Positions 38,346-47,341 of a DNA stretch of 64,000 nt are shown piece by piece. The position numbers and the translations under genes are program-made. The DNA comes from Minisyncoccota bacterium (GTDB lineage Bacteria > Patescibacteriota > Minisyncoccia > Phycocordibacterales > SBAW01): contig DASZRD010000005.1 of assembly GCA_035549255.1 (NCBI GenBank), positions 58-64,057 on the forward strand. The letters are read 5' to 3'. Below the pieces are notes generated by a model. That model searched no databases, had not been told where the DNA came from, and saw nothing but the letters and a program-made list of their open reading frames with translations. Positions within the stretch are counted from its first letter, which is position 1. Each line of letters opens with the position of its first letter.

Positions 38346-38567
38346 TTACATTGCATCTTCCGGGGTCGCCGCCCAATCGGCCTGGAATTTATTATTCCAC
38401 TCGACCATCTTGGGATCGTCCTTCGGGGTCGCCGCGATATCGGCCGCCATCTCCGGATGCGCATCCTTGAGGTGCTGCATGCCCTTGTCGAGCATCTCCT
38501 CGGGAGTATTAGCGCTCATCTTAGCCTCGCATGGGCCGCCCATTTGCGCACAGGTCATCGTTTTCAT
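38346..38567 (-). CDS. DUF1059-like small protein
   Basis: MKTMTCAQMGGPC...HLKDAHP. Confidence 0.75.
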   Translation of the reverse strand: MKTMTCAQMGGPCEAKMSANTPEEMLDKGMQHLKDAHPEMAADIAATPKDDPKMVEWNNKFQADWAATPEDAM

Positions 38568-38656
38568 AGTGAAAGCAAAAGTTACCGACTAAATTATCTA
38601 AAGGCTTGATGCCTACGATACGATAAGTATAGCAACAAGATTCAAGCAAAGAAAAA

Positions 38657-38682
38657 CCCCGGCACCTTGGAAGGTGCCGGGG
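38657..38682 (-). terminator. Terminator of the hfa-like locus
   Basis: CCCCGGCACCTT/AAGGTGCCGGGG, T tract on minus. Confidence 0.75.
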
Positions 38683-38718
38683 AAATGATGCTTCTGCTGC
38701 GAGAGCCGAAGCGAAGTA

Positions 38719-39240
38719 CTAGGGACTGACGACGACGTTGACCTTGGCGCTGTCGAGCGCGGCGATGTTGGCCACGTCCGCCGTGGCGCCGTAGCCGGAC
38801 AGAGCAACCGCGAGGCCTGCCTGGGCGACATGATCAGCCTCCGCCGAGGTGTTGATCCACGCGCCGTTGTCGACGTTGTTGACCTGCGTATCGGCGACGC
38901 CGCCCAGATTGTCCACCGTAGCAGTCGCCGTGCCGTAGCCCGGATAGTTGAAGTCCGAGATCGCGACGGCAGCACCAAGCTGGATGGCGTGGTTGACCTC
39001 AGCCGACACGTTGGTGTTGCCCGTCCAGTCGCCGTCGACCGACGCCAGCGAGGCAACGTTCGTGCCGGTGGCCGAGGCATTGTTGGCAGCGTCGGCGCCG
39101 GCGAGAGCCAGCTGGCCGATGTTGTCCGCATGCGTGTGCGCGTCCACCGTGATGCCCGAAGCCATAGCGGCCGGGGCGGCGAAGAGCGCGAGCGCAGCGG
39201 CCGCAGCGGAAGCGAGCAGAATGGTCCTGAGATTCCTCAA
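38719..39240 (-). CDS. Secreted A/N/V-rich repeat protein, HfaD/curlin-like
   Basis: Signal peptide; three imperfect repeats with Q-x-[AG]-x-A and A-[ST]-A-x-x-x-N; AGGAG SD before TTG. Confidence 0.55.
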   Translation of the reverse strand: MRNLRTILLASAAAAALALFAAPAAMASGITVDAHTHADNIGQLALAGADAANNASATGTNVASLASVDGDWTGNTNVSAEVNHAIQLGAAVAISDFNYPGYGTATATVDNLGGVADTQVNNVDNGAWINTSAEADHVAQAGLAVALSGYGATADVANIAALDSAKVNVVVSP

Positions 39241-39303
39241 GGAAGTTCTCCTGTGTTTGAAGGATCAGAATACCCTGGAAGCGGATGCCTCCAGGGCACT
39301 AAC

Positions 39304-39336
39304 AACGTAACACGTCTACTTGTTTTGCGCAAGTAG
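39304..39336 (-). promoter_or_regulatory. Internal promoter for the repeat-protein gene, with inverted repeat
   Basis: TTGCGC-17-TACGTT; CTACTTG-N7-CAAGTAG overlaps the -35. Confidence 0.45.
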
Positions 39337-39347
39337 CCCGCACTACC

Positions 39348-40256
39348 TCAGGTCGCCGAGGCGACTTGAGTCGTTTGGGGCGCCGGAGCGCCTTCCATCT
39401 GGAGCAGGGTCCGGCATTCCGCAACAGCGGAGCGCCGGTCCGAGATCTTTCTGGCAGCCGACAAGCTGTCGATGAAGTTGCCGAGCAAGTCCACGACCTC
39501 GTAATCGACGAGGAAACGCAGCGTACTCTGCATCGGCTCGCGGTGACCGTTATCCACCTCGAACGAGGCGTACGTAAGGCCATTGCCGGAACCGACGAAC
39601 GTACCGACGCCGAACTTGTCTTCAACCGCCGCGAATTGCTTCGCGGCGCTGCTGGTGGCGACCGTAAGACCGCCATCCGTGCTGCCGTAAGGAAGCGTGA
39701 CGAGACGGGTATCCATGCTGCCGAGCGCCGTATAAGCGCGCGAGCCGGGACCGATGCCAAATACCTGGAACGTGCCCATAGAGCCGGGCAAGAAATCCAG
39801 GGAGCTGACGCTGCCCATAAGCATGTAATTGGGCATCGCGATGGCGCCCTTGATCCCCTTCGCCCCAACCCAGTCGATGTCGGCACGGTACTCGGGCGAG
39901 AGCTCGATCAGCTGGACGCCCACTTGCGCGAGGGCCGAGTTGAACATGTTGCTCGCGCCGTTGCCGACAAAGGCACCCGTGCCATCCTCGGTTGCAGTAT
40001 TGACCTTGCCCGTTTGGTCGGCGATGAGGCCGACGCCGATCTTGAGACTGTGCACTTCCGGAATCTTGGAGATGCACGCCATGGCGGCGTCGTATGGCCC
40101 GCGGACTGTGACGGTGGCGGAGCTCTGCCCCACCAGGGTTGCAGTAGACGATGCGTCCTTGAGGAACGCCGCGCCGCTGTCGCCCTGGGCAGTGGTGCAA
40201 CCGGCAAGTGCGATAGCGCCGGCGATGCCTGCGATGATGCCTGCAATTTTGATCAT
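39348..40256 (-). CDS. hfaB: CsgG/HfaB-family secretion lipoprotein
   Basis: Lipobox LAGC; PYDAAMACI, IGVGLIADQTGK, GASNMFNSAL, MGSVSSLDF, MDTRLV, REPMQ. Confidence 0.75.
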   Translation of the reverse strand: MIKIAGIIAGIAGAIALAGCTTAQGDSGAAFLKDASSTATLVGQSSATVTVRGPYDAAMACISKIPEVHSLKIGVGLIADQTGKVNTATEDGTGAFVGNGASNMFNSALAQVGVQLIELSPEYRADIDWVGAKGIKGAIAMPNYMLMGSVSSLDFLPGSMGTFQVFGIGPGSRAYTALGSMDTRLVTLPYGSTDGGLTVATSSAAKQFAAVEDKFGVGTFVGSGNGLTYASFEVDNGHREPMQSTLRFLVDYEVVDLLGNFIDSLSAARKISDRRSAVAECRTLLQMEGAPAPQTTQVASAT

Positions 40257-40292
40257 TCCAGTCTCCTGTATGCCGCCCGGGCGGGCGCGTGG

Positions 40293-40703
40293 TTACGGGA
40301 AGGTGATCGAACCCACGTTGCCGGCGGAGATCGGGACCGAAGTCGCGTTCTGCTGGCTCTGAGCGTGGATGTCGTTGTCGACATGAATGTTCTGCGCGTT
40401 ATCGATGGTCGTCACGGAGACGCCATTGAGGTTGGTCGACTCGCCGCCGTACTGGCAGGCGGTCGCCACCGTGCAGTTCGTGTAGGTATTAGTCGTCGAC
40501 GTCGAGTTGTAGGTCGTGCTTCCCCCGCCGTTCTGGTAGAGCCAGAGCGCCTGTGCCTCATTGAAGCGGTTGGCGTCCTGGTCGGCCGAGGGAAACCCCT
40601 CGGAATTGTTCCAGTCGGAGGCAGCGCTGCCGGCGTAGGCCGGAGTCATGCCGCACAGCGCCATGAGCGCGAGCGCGGCACAACCGCATACAATCTTCTT
40701 CAT
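40293..40703 (-). CDS. Secreted HfaA-like protein
   Basis: Signal peptide (AYA); S/T/N/Q-rich C-terminus; first gene before the CsgG/HfaB homolog; GAGG SD. Confidence 0.5.
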   Translation of the reverse strand: MKKIVCGCAALALMALCGMTPAYAGSAASDWNNSEGFPSADQDANRFNEAQALWLYQNGGGSTTYNSTSTTNTYTNCTVATACQYGGESTNLNGVSVTTIDNAQNIHVDNDIHAQSQQNATSVPISAGNVGSITFP

Positions 40704-40796
40704 GCAGTCCTCTCTTGTGTTGATGTCTTCGTATCAATGATCGTGCCTCGCAAAAACGCGCCTCATACAGAGAGGCGTTTCGAGAGACTGCGTTCT

Positions 40797-40825
40797 ATCC
40801 TATCATAATCATTGACATTTGTCAA
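40797..40825 (-). promoter_or_regulatory. Promoter of the hfa-like operon with palindromic site
   Basis: TTGACA-17-TAGGAT with TGn extension; the -35 is one arm of TTGACA-tt-TGTCAA (40812-40825). Confidence 0.6.
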
Positions 40826-40956
40826 ATATCAGGACGGGCAAAAATACCTTGCGGTATATGGGATTTTTATCAGTTTATCGTGTCTGATCCCTATATAGGG
40901 ACTGACCTCCATCTTTACCACCCTAAGCAAGGGTAGAAAGCAAGTATAGTAGAGAC

Positions 40957-41124
40957 ATGAACCCCAAAACGCTGATGGTGATTTTTGCAACTATTGGCTC
41001 GATCGTAGGCGGCTATATACCGACCCTCTGGGGCGCGTCGCTCTTCTCCCTCTCCTCTTGGTTCTTCGGTGCGATAGGCACGGCACTTGGCGTCTGGCTG
41101 GTGTTCAAGCTCCAAGGATATTGA
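40957..41124 (+). CDS. 55-aa two-TM protein (not in ORF track)
   Basis: MNPKTLMVIFATIGSIVGGYIPTLWGASLFSLSSWFFGAIGTALGVWLVFKLQGY*; TATAGT 6 nt upstream. Confidence 0.75.
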   Translation: MNPKTLMVIFATIGSIVGGYIPTLWGASLFSLSSWFFGAIGTALGVWLVFKLQGY

Positions 41125-41127
41125 GCG

Positions 41128-42045
41128 CTAATTCGTTACGACCGTATCAGAATACTGCATCGCGCACGAGGCGCCGTCGATCGGGCCTGACACTACGACA
41201 TAGTTGGATGCCGGGTTCTCGATGATCGTATGGAGGTCGGTGACGTCGCTCGCGCAATCGTCTGCCGAAGAGCGCGTCCCCTGCGAGCCGTCGAGCCAGA
41301 GGTCAAGCCACGGGTGGCCCTGGTAGCCCGTGTGGCATGGGCCATTCTGCGGAGTATTGCCGTCGCCGCAGGTGTCCTCAACGATGAAGTACTTGCGCAG
41401 GTACGGCATATAGAACTTGGTGCCCGCGGGATAATCAAGCGTGTCGGTGCGGCCCGAGATGCTGTGCCCCACCGCGACCGTGATGGGGTCGCTAAAGGTG
41501 CCCGTGCCGCCGGCCACTTGGTGAATAATCGGATTAGAAATTTCTGACGAACCCGGCGGCGTATTGTCCCAATAGGTGTACGCAGTGAGGTATGCGGTGA
41601 AGCGCACTTCTTGCGAAGCATTTTGTGCTGGCTGCGCAGGAGTCGTCGGCGTTGAAGAAGGTGGAGGAGTAGAAGATGATTGTGAGCCAGAAGAAGGCGG
41701 AGTGGTTGCCGAACCCGTAGTAGAAGTAGTCGAAGACGGATGCGAAGATGTTGCTACCGTGCCAGAACCGGAAGAAGTCTTGCCGTTACTTCCCGTTTTA
41801 GAAGCAGTTTGCGCACCCCTTCCCCACACGAAGAACGGAAATGAAGACTTCAGCGAATGCGGATACATGCTCGAGAGCGCCGCGGGGCTTGCCATCAAGG
41901 TCTCGCCCATATTATTGAACGCCTGCCCACCGACCGACTCGCCGTATTGCTTGCCGAGGTAGAACCCGAGCGCCAGCGTTGCGACAAAGAGAACGATCGC
42001 CAAAAGCTGAGAGTACCAGGTAACGCGTGTCCACTGTATAGCCAT
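41128..42045 (-). CDS. Membrane-anchored protein with S/T/P linker and 3D/RlpA-like barrel domain
   Basis: TAYTYWDNTPPGS, DPITVAVG, GTKFYMP, IVEDTCG, WLDLWL. Confidence 0.6.
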   Translation of the reverse strand: MAIQWTRVTWYSQLLAIVLFVATLALGFYLGKQYGESVGGQAFNNMGETLMASPAALSSMYPHSLKSSFPFFVWGRGAQTASKTGSNGKTSSGSGTVATSSHPSSTTSTTGSATTPPSSGSQSSSTPPPSSTPTTPAQPAQNASQEVRFTAYLTAYTYWDNTPPGSSEISNPIIHQVAGGTGTFSDPITVAVGHSISGRTDTLDYPAGTKFYMPYLRKYFIVEDTCGDGNTPQNGPCHTGYQGHPWLDLWLDGSQGTRSSADDCASDVTDLHTIIENPASNYVVVSGPIDGASCAMQYSDTVVTN

Positions 42046-42067
42046 AGGTCCCCAAGAATACCAAAAA

Positions 42068-42484
42068 TCACGCTGGCATGCACTTGATGCACCGGCAGCC
42101 TTTCGGCTTGATATAGGCCTCGAAGTATTCGGTGTCGTAATCGTAACTAAGCTCCTCCCCCGCGATTATCTTGCGCTTGGCCATGACCCAGACGCGGCCT
42201 TTATGGATGTCGATCTCGCAGTTGGGCCGGCAGGAATGGTTAATGTAGCGGGCAGTATTGGAGCGCGCGGCGCCGTCGATGGTCTTCTTCTTGGTCACCT
42301 CAAATAAATAGAGGCTGTTGCTGTCCTCCTCTTGCTGTTTGGTGAGGACTTTGCCAGTGTATTCGATAACGCAGGCGCCCTTTTTGATATCCTCAAGCGT
42401 AAAGAGCCCCAAGCCGGCGCGCGAGCGGCCGACCCGGAGCTTTACGCCTACCGGAATAAATTTGCTTCTGCTTTTTCTTTTCAC
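42068..42484 (-). CDS. SET-domain lysine methyltransferase
   Basis: GLGLF, RYINHSCRPN, GEELSYDY, post-SET CRCIKC. Confidence 0.93.
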   Translation of the reverse strand: MKRKSRSKFIPVGVKLRVGRSRAGLGLFTLEDIKKGACVIEYTGKVLTKQQEEDSNSLYLFEVTKKKTIDGAARSNTARYINHSCRPNCEIDIHKGRVWVMAKRKIIAGEELSYDYDTEYFEAYIKPKGCRCIKCMPA

Positions 42485-42512
42485 GACCCTGAAGGACCTA
42501 CGTCTGGCTAAA

Positions 42513-42767
42513 TTACTTGAGATGCGCCGAAACGAGCTTGGTCATCTCGAACATGGTGACTTCGTTCTTGCCGAAGATGGGCTTCAGCTTGTCGTCCGCC
42601 ATGATGTTGCGCTTGTTCTTGGGGTTCTGGAGGTCGTGCTTCTTGATGTACTCCCAGAGCTTCTTGACGACTTCCGAGCGCGGCATCGGGCCCTTGCCCA
42701 CGACTGCCTCGAGATCCGAAGAAAGGTCCATCGGCTTGAGCAGGGCGGGATTCGCTTTTCTAACCAT
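42513..42767 (-). CDS. SWIB/MDM2 domain protein
   Basis: LSSDLEAVVG, RSEVVKKLWEYIKKHDLQNP, ADDKLK, MFEMTKLVSAHL. Confidence 0.93.
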   Translation of the reverse strand: MVRKANPALLKPMDLSSDLEAVVGKGPMPRSEVVKKLWEYIKKHDLQNPKNKRNIMADDKLKPIFGKNEVTMFEMTKLVSAHLK

Positions 42768-42897
42768 GAGTGATTAATTAATGTATAAAAGACCGGTACT
42801 GGGAGTATACCGAAAACCCTTTTCTCTGGGAATACCCCTTATACACCCCCGCTGCGCCTTCATTGACACTACAGATTCCTCCCCACACAATGTCCTC

Positions 42898-44982
42898 ATG
42901 CATAGGTTGCGGGAGGCAATCTCCTTACCTCGCACCCCGAGGGAACAATGGGGCGCCGTAGGCCTCCTTATAGCCTATTTTCTTGCGATCGGAATAGGAA
43001 GCTTTCTGCATCAGGGATTAGCGGTCATAAGCTTCGCTTCCGGCGTGGGCTTAGGCGCGCTCGTGCTCGAAGGGAGCTCTCTTTGGCCCGGCATCTACCT
43101 GGGGGCGCTTGCATGGTACGTCACCAGTGGCGCCGCACCGGTATATATAGCGGTATTGCCGGTCGCGCATACCGCTCAGGCGCTGATAGGTGCCTACCTG
43201 CTGCGCGCTCTGCGCTTTGACCCACTGCTGCGGCGCCTGCGCGACATGTTCTCTCTTATGGGCGTCGCCATTTTTGCCTCGGCGATCGTGCCGATACTGG
43301 GCACCGCGGGCGTCTGGGCGACGCGCCTCTTTATCGACCCTGCCTTTCCTCTTGCCGTAACATTCGGGTCGTGGTGGACCGGCATCATGACCAGCCTCCT
43401 TATCGTGGCGCCGCTTATCATCCGCTGGGGTGCGGAGCCCGTATTCAAGCGCTCCGCGCGGCAGATTTTGGAGCTCGTGTTCGTCTTTGCGGTGCTTATC
43501 GCCATCGACTGGATGCTGCTGTGGGTGGGGATATCCTCCGTCAACGGCGTCTCGCTCGTATACATTATGCTGCTGCCGTTCTTCTGGCTGGCCATCCGTA
43601 TCGGCCCGCGCTTCACGATCCTCGCGCTGTTCCTCACCACCTGCCTCGCCATGGCGGGAACCATGTACGGGCCGCACGCCGTCGCCGACCCGGTAGCGCT
43701 CGGCAACCGGCTCTTTCAGATCGAGATATTCATCAACATCATCGCGATCATCTTCTACATCATCGCGGCGCTGCAGGAAGAGCGCGTCGAGGCGACCAAA
43801 TCGCTCACCTCCTATATCGACAAATTAGAAGAGGCGCTCAACCGCCTGAGCCTCCAGGACCGCGCCAAGAGCGACTTCATTGCCATACTCGCGCATGAAT
43901 TGAGGAATCCTCTTGCGCCCGTCGTGAGCGCGCTAGAGTTCCTGCGCCTCGGCGCGGCGCGGTCGAGCGAGGAAACGGAGACGCTCGAGCTTATGGACGA
44001 CCGCCTCCGCACCGTGCAGCGCCTACTCGACGACCTGCTCGACGTCTCGCGCATCGAGCGCTCCAAGGTCGAGCTTCAGCGCGAGGCGGTTGACTTGCGC
44101 ACCATACTCGAGCGCTCGATCCGCTCGGTCGCCGCCAAGATCGAGGGCCGCCAGCAGCAGCTCGTCTTCGAAGTGCCGCAAGAGCCACTCGTCTTATTCG
44201 CCGATCCGGTGCGCATCGAGCAGGTCGTTTCCAACCTCCTTACCAATGCAAGCAAATTCACGCCCGAAAGCGGCAGGATCTCGGTTGTAGCGACCAGAGA
44301 GGGCGATGCCGCGGTGGTGAGAGTCAAAGATACCGGCATCGGCATTGACCCAGAGCTTATCCCCCGCATTTTCGAGCCGTTCCTCCAGCTTGAGACGGGC
44401 GAGCGCAAGAGCGATGGGCTCGGCATCGGGCTGTCGCTCACCAAGCGGCTTGTCGAGATGCATGCCGGCCAGATAGAGGTCAGGAGCGGCGGCATAGACC
44501 AGGGCAGCGAGTTTACGCTGCGCTTCCCTATCGCGAACGACACGCTCGTGGTGCCGGTGGCGCAGCCGGTCGCGAGCGCCCCCGCCGCCGCCACACCAAC
44601 TCGGGTGCTTGTCGTCGACGACAACGCGGCGGCGGGACGTGGGATCGGCAAGCTCCTCGCGATCAAGGGCTTTGACGTCGAGTATGCGCAGAGCGGCGCG
44701 CAGACGCGCGAGGTTCTTACGCTCAGGAAGCCGCGCGTCATCGTGCTCGATATCGGGCTTCCGGATACCGACGGCTATACGCTCGCGCGCATCTTGCGCG
44801 TGCAAGACAATTTCACGGGCGTACTGATCGCGCTCACAGGCTACGGCCAGCAGGAGGACAAGCAGCGCGCGCTTGAGGCGGGCTTCGACGCCCACCTCAC
44901 CAAGCCGGTCGGGATCGACGAGCTCGTGGTGGCGATCAACCAGGCATTGGCGCGCATAGAGCGTGCTACTATGGCAGAATGA
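42898..44982 (+). CDS. MASE1 hybrid sensor histidine kinase / receiver
   Basis: Multi-TM N-terminus, AHELRNPL, NLLTNASKF, DTGIG, GLGIGL, LDIGLP, KP; TTGACA-17-CACAAT-6-ATG fixes the start. Confidence 0.92.
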   Translation: MHRLREAISLPRTPREQWGAVGLLIAYFLAIGIGSFLHQGLAVISFASGVGLGALVLEGSSLWPGIYLGALAWYVTSGAAPVYIAVLPVAHTAQALIGAYLLRALRFDPLLRRLRDMFSLMGVAIFASAIVPILGTAGVWATRLFIDPAFPLAVTFGSWWTGIMTSLLIVAPLIIRWGAEPVFKRSARQILELVFVFAVLIAIDWMLLWVGISSVNGVSLVYIMLLPFFWLAIRIGPRFTILALFLTTCLAMAGTMYGPHAVADPVALGNRLFQIEIFINIIAIIFYIIAALQEERVEATKSLTSYIDKLEEALNRLSLQDRAKSDFIAILAHELRNPLAPVVSALEFLRLGAARSSEETETLELMDDRLRTVQRLLDDLLDVSRIERSKVELQREAVDLRTILERSIRSVAAKIEGRQQQLVFEVPQEPLVLFADPVRIEQVVSNLLTNASKFTPESGRISVVATREGDAAVVRVKDTGIGIDPELIPRIFEPFLQLETGERKSDGLGIGLSLTKRLVEMHAGQIEVRSGGIDQGSEFTLRFPIANDTLVVPVAQPVASAPAAATPTRVLVVDDNAAAGRGIGKLLAIKGFDVEYAQSGAQTREVLTLRKPRVIVLDIGLPDTDGYTLARILRVQDNFTGVLIALTGYGQQEDKQRALEAGFDAHLTKPVGIDELVVAINQALARIERATMAE

Positions 44983-45749
44983 ACATCCTGCAGAGCTTTA
45001 TCCTCGGCATCGTCGAGGGCATCACCGAATTCCTCCCCATATCCTCGACGGGCCACCTTATTCTCGCAAGCTCGCTCCTCGGCGTCGCGCAGAGCGATTT
45101 CGTAAAGAGCTTCGAGATCATCATCCAGTTGGGCGCCATCGCCGCGGTCGCGGTGCTCTATTACAAGTCGTTTTTCAACCTCGAGATCCTCAAGCGCGTG
45201 ATCGTGGCATTCATCCCGACCGGTATCATCGGGCTGGCGCTCTACAAAGTCGCGAAGACGTACCTTATCGGCAACGAAGCGGTGGTGCTGTGGGCGCTCT
45301 TGCTCGGCGGCGCGGCGCTGATCGCCTTCGAGTACTTCCACCGCGAGCGCGAGTCCGCCCGCGCCGAAATCGCGCACATGTCGTACTCGCAGGCGCTCAT
45401 CATCGGCCTGTTCCAATCGCTCGCGATAGTACCAGGTGTCTCGCGCTCGGCCGCAAGCATCGTGGGAGGACTTCTCGTCGGCATGCGCAGAGTGGCTATC
45501 GTCGAGTTCTCTTTTCTGCTCGCGGTGCCGACGATGCTTGCGGCCAGCGGGCTCGACCTCCTCAAAAGCGCCTCGGCATTTTCTTCCGGAGACTTTCTCG
45601 TGCTCGCCGTCGGCTTCTTCACCGCGTTCCTGGTCGCGATCGCAAGCATCCGCTGGCTCCTCTCCTACGTGCGCGGGCACAATTTCGTGCCCTTCGGGCT
45701 CTACCGCATCGCGGTGGCGATACTCTTTTTCTTCCTCGTGCTGCGCTAG
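44979..45749 (+). CDS. uppP: Undecaprenyl-diphosphate phosphatase
   Basis: VEGITEFLPISSTGHL, PGVSRS, EFSFLLA. Confidence 0.96.
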   Translation: MNILQSFILGIVEGITEFLPISSTGHLILASSLLGVAQSDFVKSFEIIIQLGAIAAVAVLYYKSFFNLEILKRVIVAFIPTGIIGLALYKVAKTYLIGNEAVVLWALLLGGAALIAFEYFHRERESARAEIAHMSYSQALIIGLFQSLAIVPGVSRSAASIVGGLLVGMRRVAIVEFSFLLAVPTMLAASGLDLLKSASAFSSGDFLVLAVGFFTAFLVAIASIRWLLSYVRGHNFVPFGLYRIAVAILFFFLVLR

Positions 45750-46357
45750 GCCTGCTCTTCCTCGCCCGCTTCAGCCATGATGCGCTTGCGGATATAGTTG
45801 GCAGCACCGAATGCGACGACGAGCAGCACTACCACTGCCACGGTGATGAATACCTTGCCCAGCACGTTGTTGACCGAGACGTAGACATCGCCGAGGAAAT
45901 AGCCTATGGAGACGATCATGGCCGACCATATCGACTCGCCGACGATGTTGAGCCCGACGAATTTCCAGAACGGCACCCGGCTCATGCCAGCGGTAAACAG
46001 GGTAACGAGCGCGAAGCCCATGCCGTTGGTTAACTTTGAAATAAGGAGTATCGACGTATGATAGCGGCTGAAGATCCTCCTCACGCCGGCGATATGCTTG
46101 GGCGTGATGCTGAAGAAGCGCCCGAAGCGCGCAGCGAAGCTCACGCCCCAGCGATAGCCGATCCAATACCACAGCGCGTCGCCCAGGACCGCCGTTACCA
46201 CCAGGACCCCGTACACGATGAACGGGTCGAAGTATCCCAGCCGCGCGAGCACGCCGCACAGCATGCCCACCAGCGGCTGCCAAATAAGCGCCAGCGGAAC
46301 GATAATAAGATAGCGGTAGGCCAAAATAAGGCTCGTGATAGTCGCGATGGAAGCCAC
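45746..46357 (-). CDS. dedA: DedA family membrane protein
   Basis: LGDALWYWIG, AGMSRVPFWKF, SIGYFLG; GTG start 6 nt after TATACT. Confidence 0.85.
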   Translation of the reverse strand: MASIATITSLILAYRYLIIVPLALIWQPLVGMLCGVLARLGYFDPFIVYGVLVVTAVLGDALWYWIGYRWGVSFAARFGRFFSITPKHIAGVRRIFSRYHTSILLISKLTNGMGFALVTLFTAGMSRVPFWKFVGLNIVGESIWSAMIVSIGYFLGDVYVSVNNVLGKVFITVAVVVLLVVAFGAANYIRKRIMAEAGEEEQA

Positions 46358-46403
46358 GGATACAGTATACTGGATATACCCGCGTATACGTAGGCTGTAT
46401 TCT

Positions 46404-46904
46404 ATGCATTCAGAATTCAAAAAGTGGCGGCGGGGCGTGCCGAAGTCCCGCATACCTTATCCTTCCACTCGCGCCGACCGCGTCAAATACGCGCTTTGGC
46501 GCGTACTCGATCCCCTGCATCCTTACGCCCGCAACGCGCTCGCGGCAGTGGGCTACATGCGCAAGTACGACAAGTACCGCCCGGCGGGCCGGCAGCGCTT
46601 CGTGCTCGGCGCGCTCGCGCAGGCACAGACGCCTCAGACGCTTACCGAGTATTTGCTCTCGCAGGGGTTCGGCAATCACTTTGTTGCGCTTCGCGACAAA
46701 GGCGAGATCATCAGCCTGCGGCGCTGCCCGGATTTCACGCATCAATATCATATCCGCATTTTCGAAGACGGCGAGGTGCGTGGGCACTTCGAATATACGC
46801 CCGAGTGCCATCCTTTCCTCCACGACCGCGAAATAGGCTTCGAAGCTCGGCGCGAAGAGTTCCTCGCCCTGCTCGGCGACCGCATCATACCCCTGGAAGG
46901 ATAG
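46404..46904 (+). CDS. Hypothetical protein
   Basis: QYHIRIFEDGEVRGHFEYTPECHP; TAGGCT 7 nt before the ATG. Confidence 0.7.
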   Translation: MHSEFKKWRRGVPKSRIPYPSTRADRVKYALWRVLDPLHPYARNALAAVGYMRKYDKYRPAGRQRFVLGALAQAQTPQTLTEYLLSQGFGNHFVALRDKGEIISLRRCPDFTHQYHIRIFEDGEVRGHFEYTPECHPFLHDREIGFEARREEFLALLGDRIIPLEG

Positions 46905-46963
46905 GAGTTTTCCACTCGCTACTGCAAGGTTTTTCCTCGCTTTCGCTCTATACTTAAGGGCAT

Positions 46964-47317
46964 ATGAAGGGCTTCTCTAATTACGAGAGGGAGATTCGTC
47001 CGTGGGGGAACTTCGAACGCTTTACGCTCAATGAAAAATCGACGGTAAAGGTCATCACGGTGAATCCGAACGAGGAACTTTCGCTCCAGGCGCATGAACA
47101 TCGCGACGAGGAGTGGCACGTATTGAGCGGCTCGGGGGCAGTCGTGATCGGCGAGGAGCGCACCTCCGTCAAGCCCGGCGAAGACTTCTTCGTCGCGCGC
47201 GGCGTAAAGCACCGCGTTGCGGGCGGTCCGCGCGGGCTCGTGTTCCTTGAGGTGGCGCTGGGCGAATTTGACGAGAACGACATAACCCGCTTTGAGGATC
47301 GTTACGGGCGCACGTGA
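46964..47317 (+). CDS. Cupin, phosphomannose isomerase type II C-terminal domain
   Basis: RPWG, LSLQAHEHRDEEW, EVALG, DENDITRFEDRYGR. Confidence 0.88.
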   Translation: MKGFSNYEREIRPWGNFERFTLNEKSTVKVITVNPNEELSLQAHEHRDEEWHVLSGSGAVVIGEERTSVKPGEDFFVARGVKHRVAGGPRGLVFLEVALGEFDENDITRFEDRYGRT

Positions 47318-47341
47318 ATCTCGCGGAGGTCTTGATATGCA

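Noticed and set aside
39366-40808. Long antisense ORFs here and elsewhere (e.g. 48692..50146, 7042..8022)
   Set aside because: Typical high-GC shadow ORFs opposite well-supported genes
40915-41115. ORF 40915..41115(-)
   Set aside because: The opposite-strand 55-aa TM gene (40957..41124) has a -10 box and more protein-like composition
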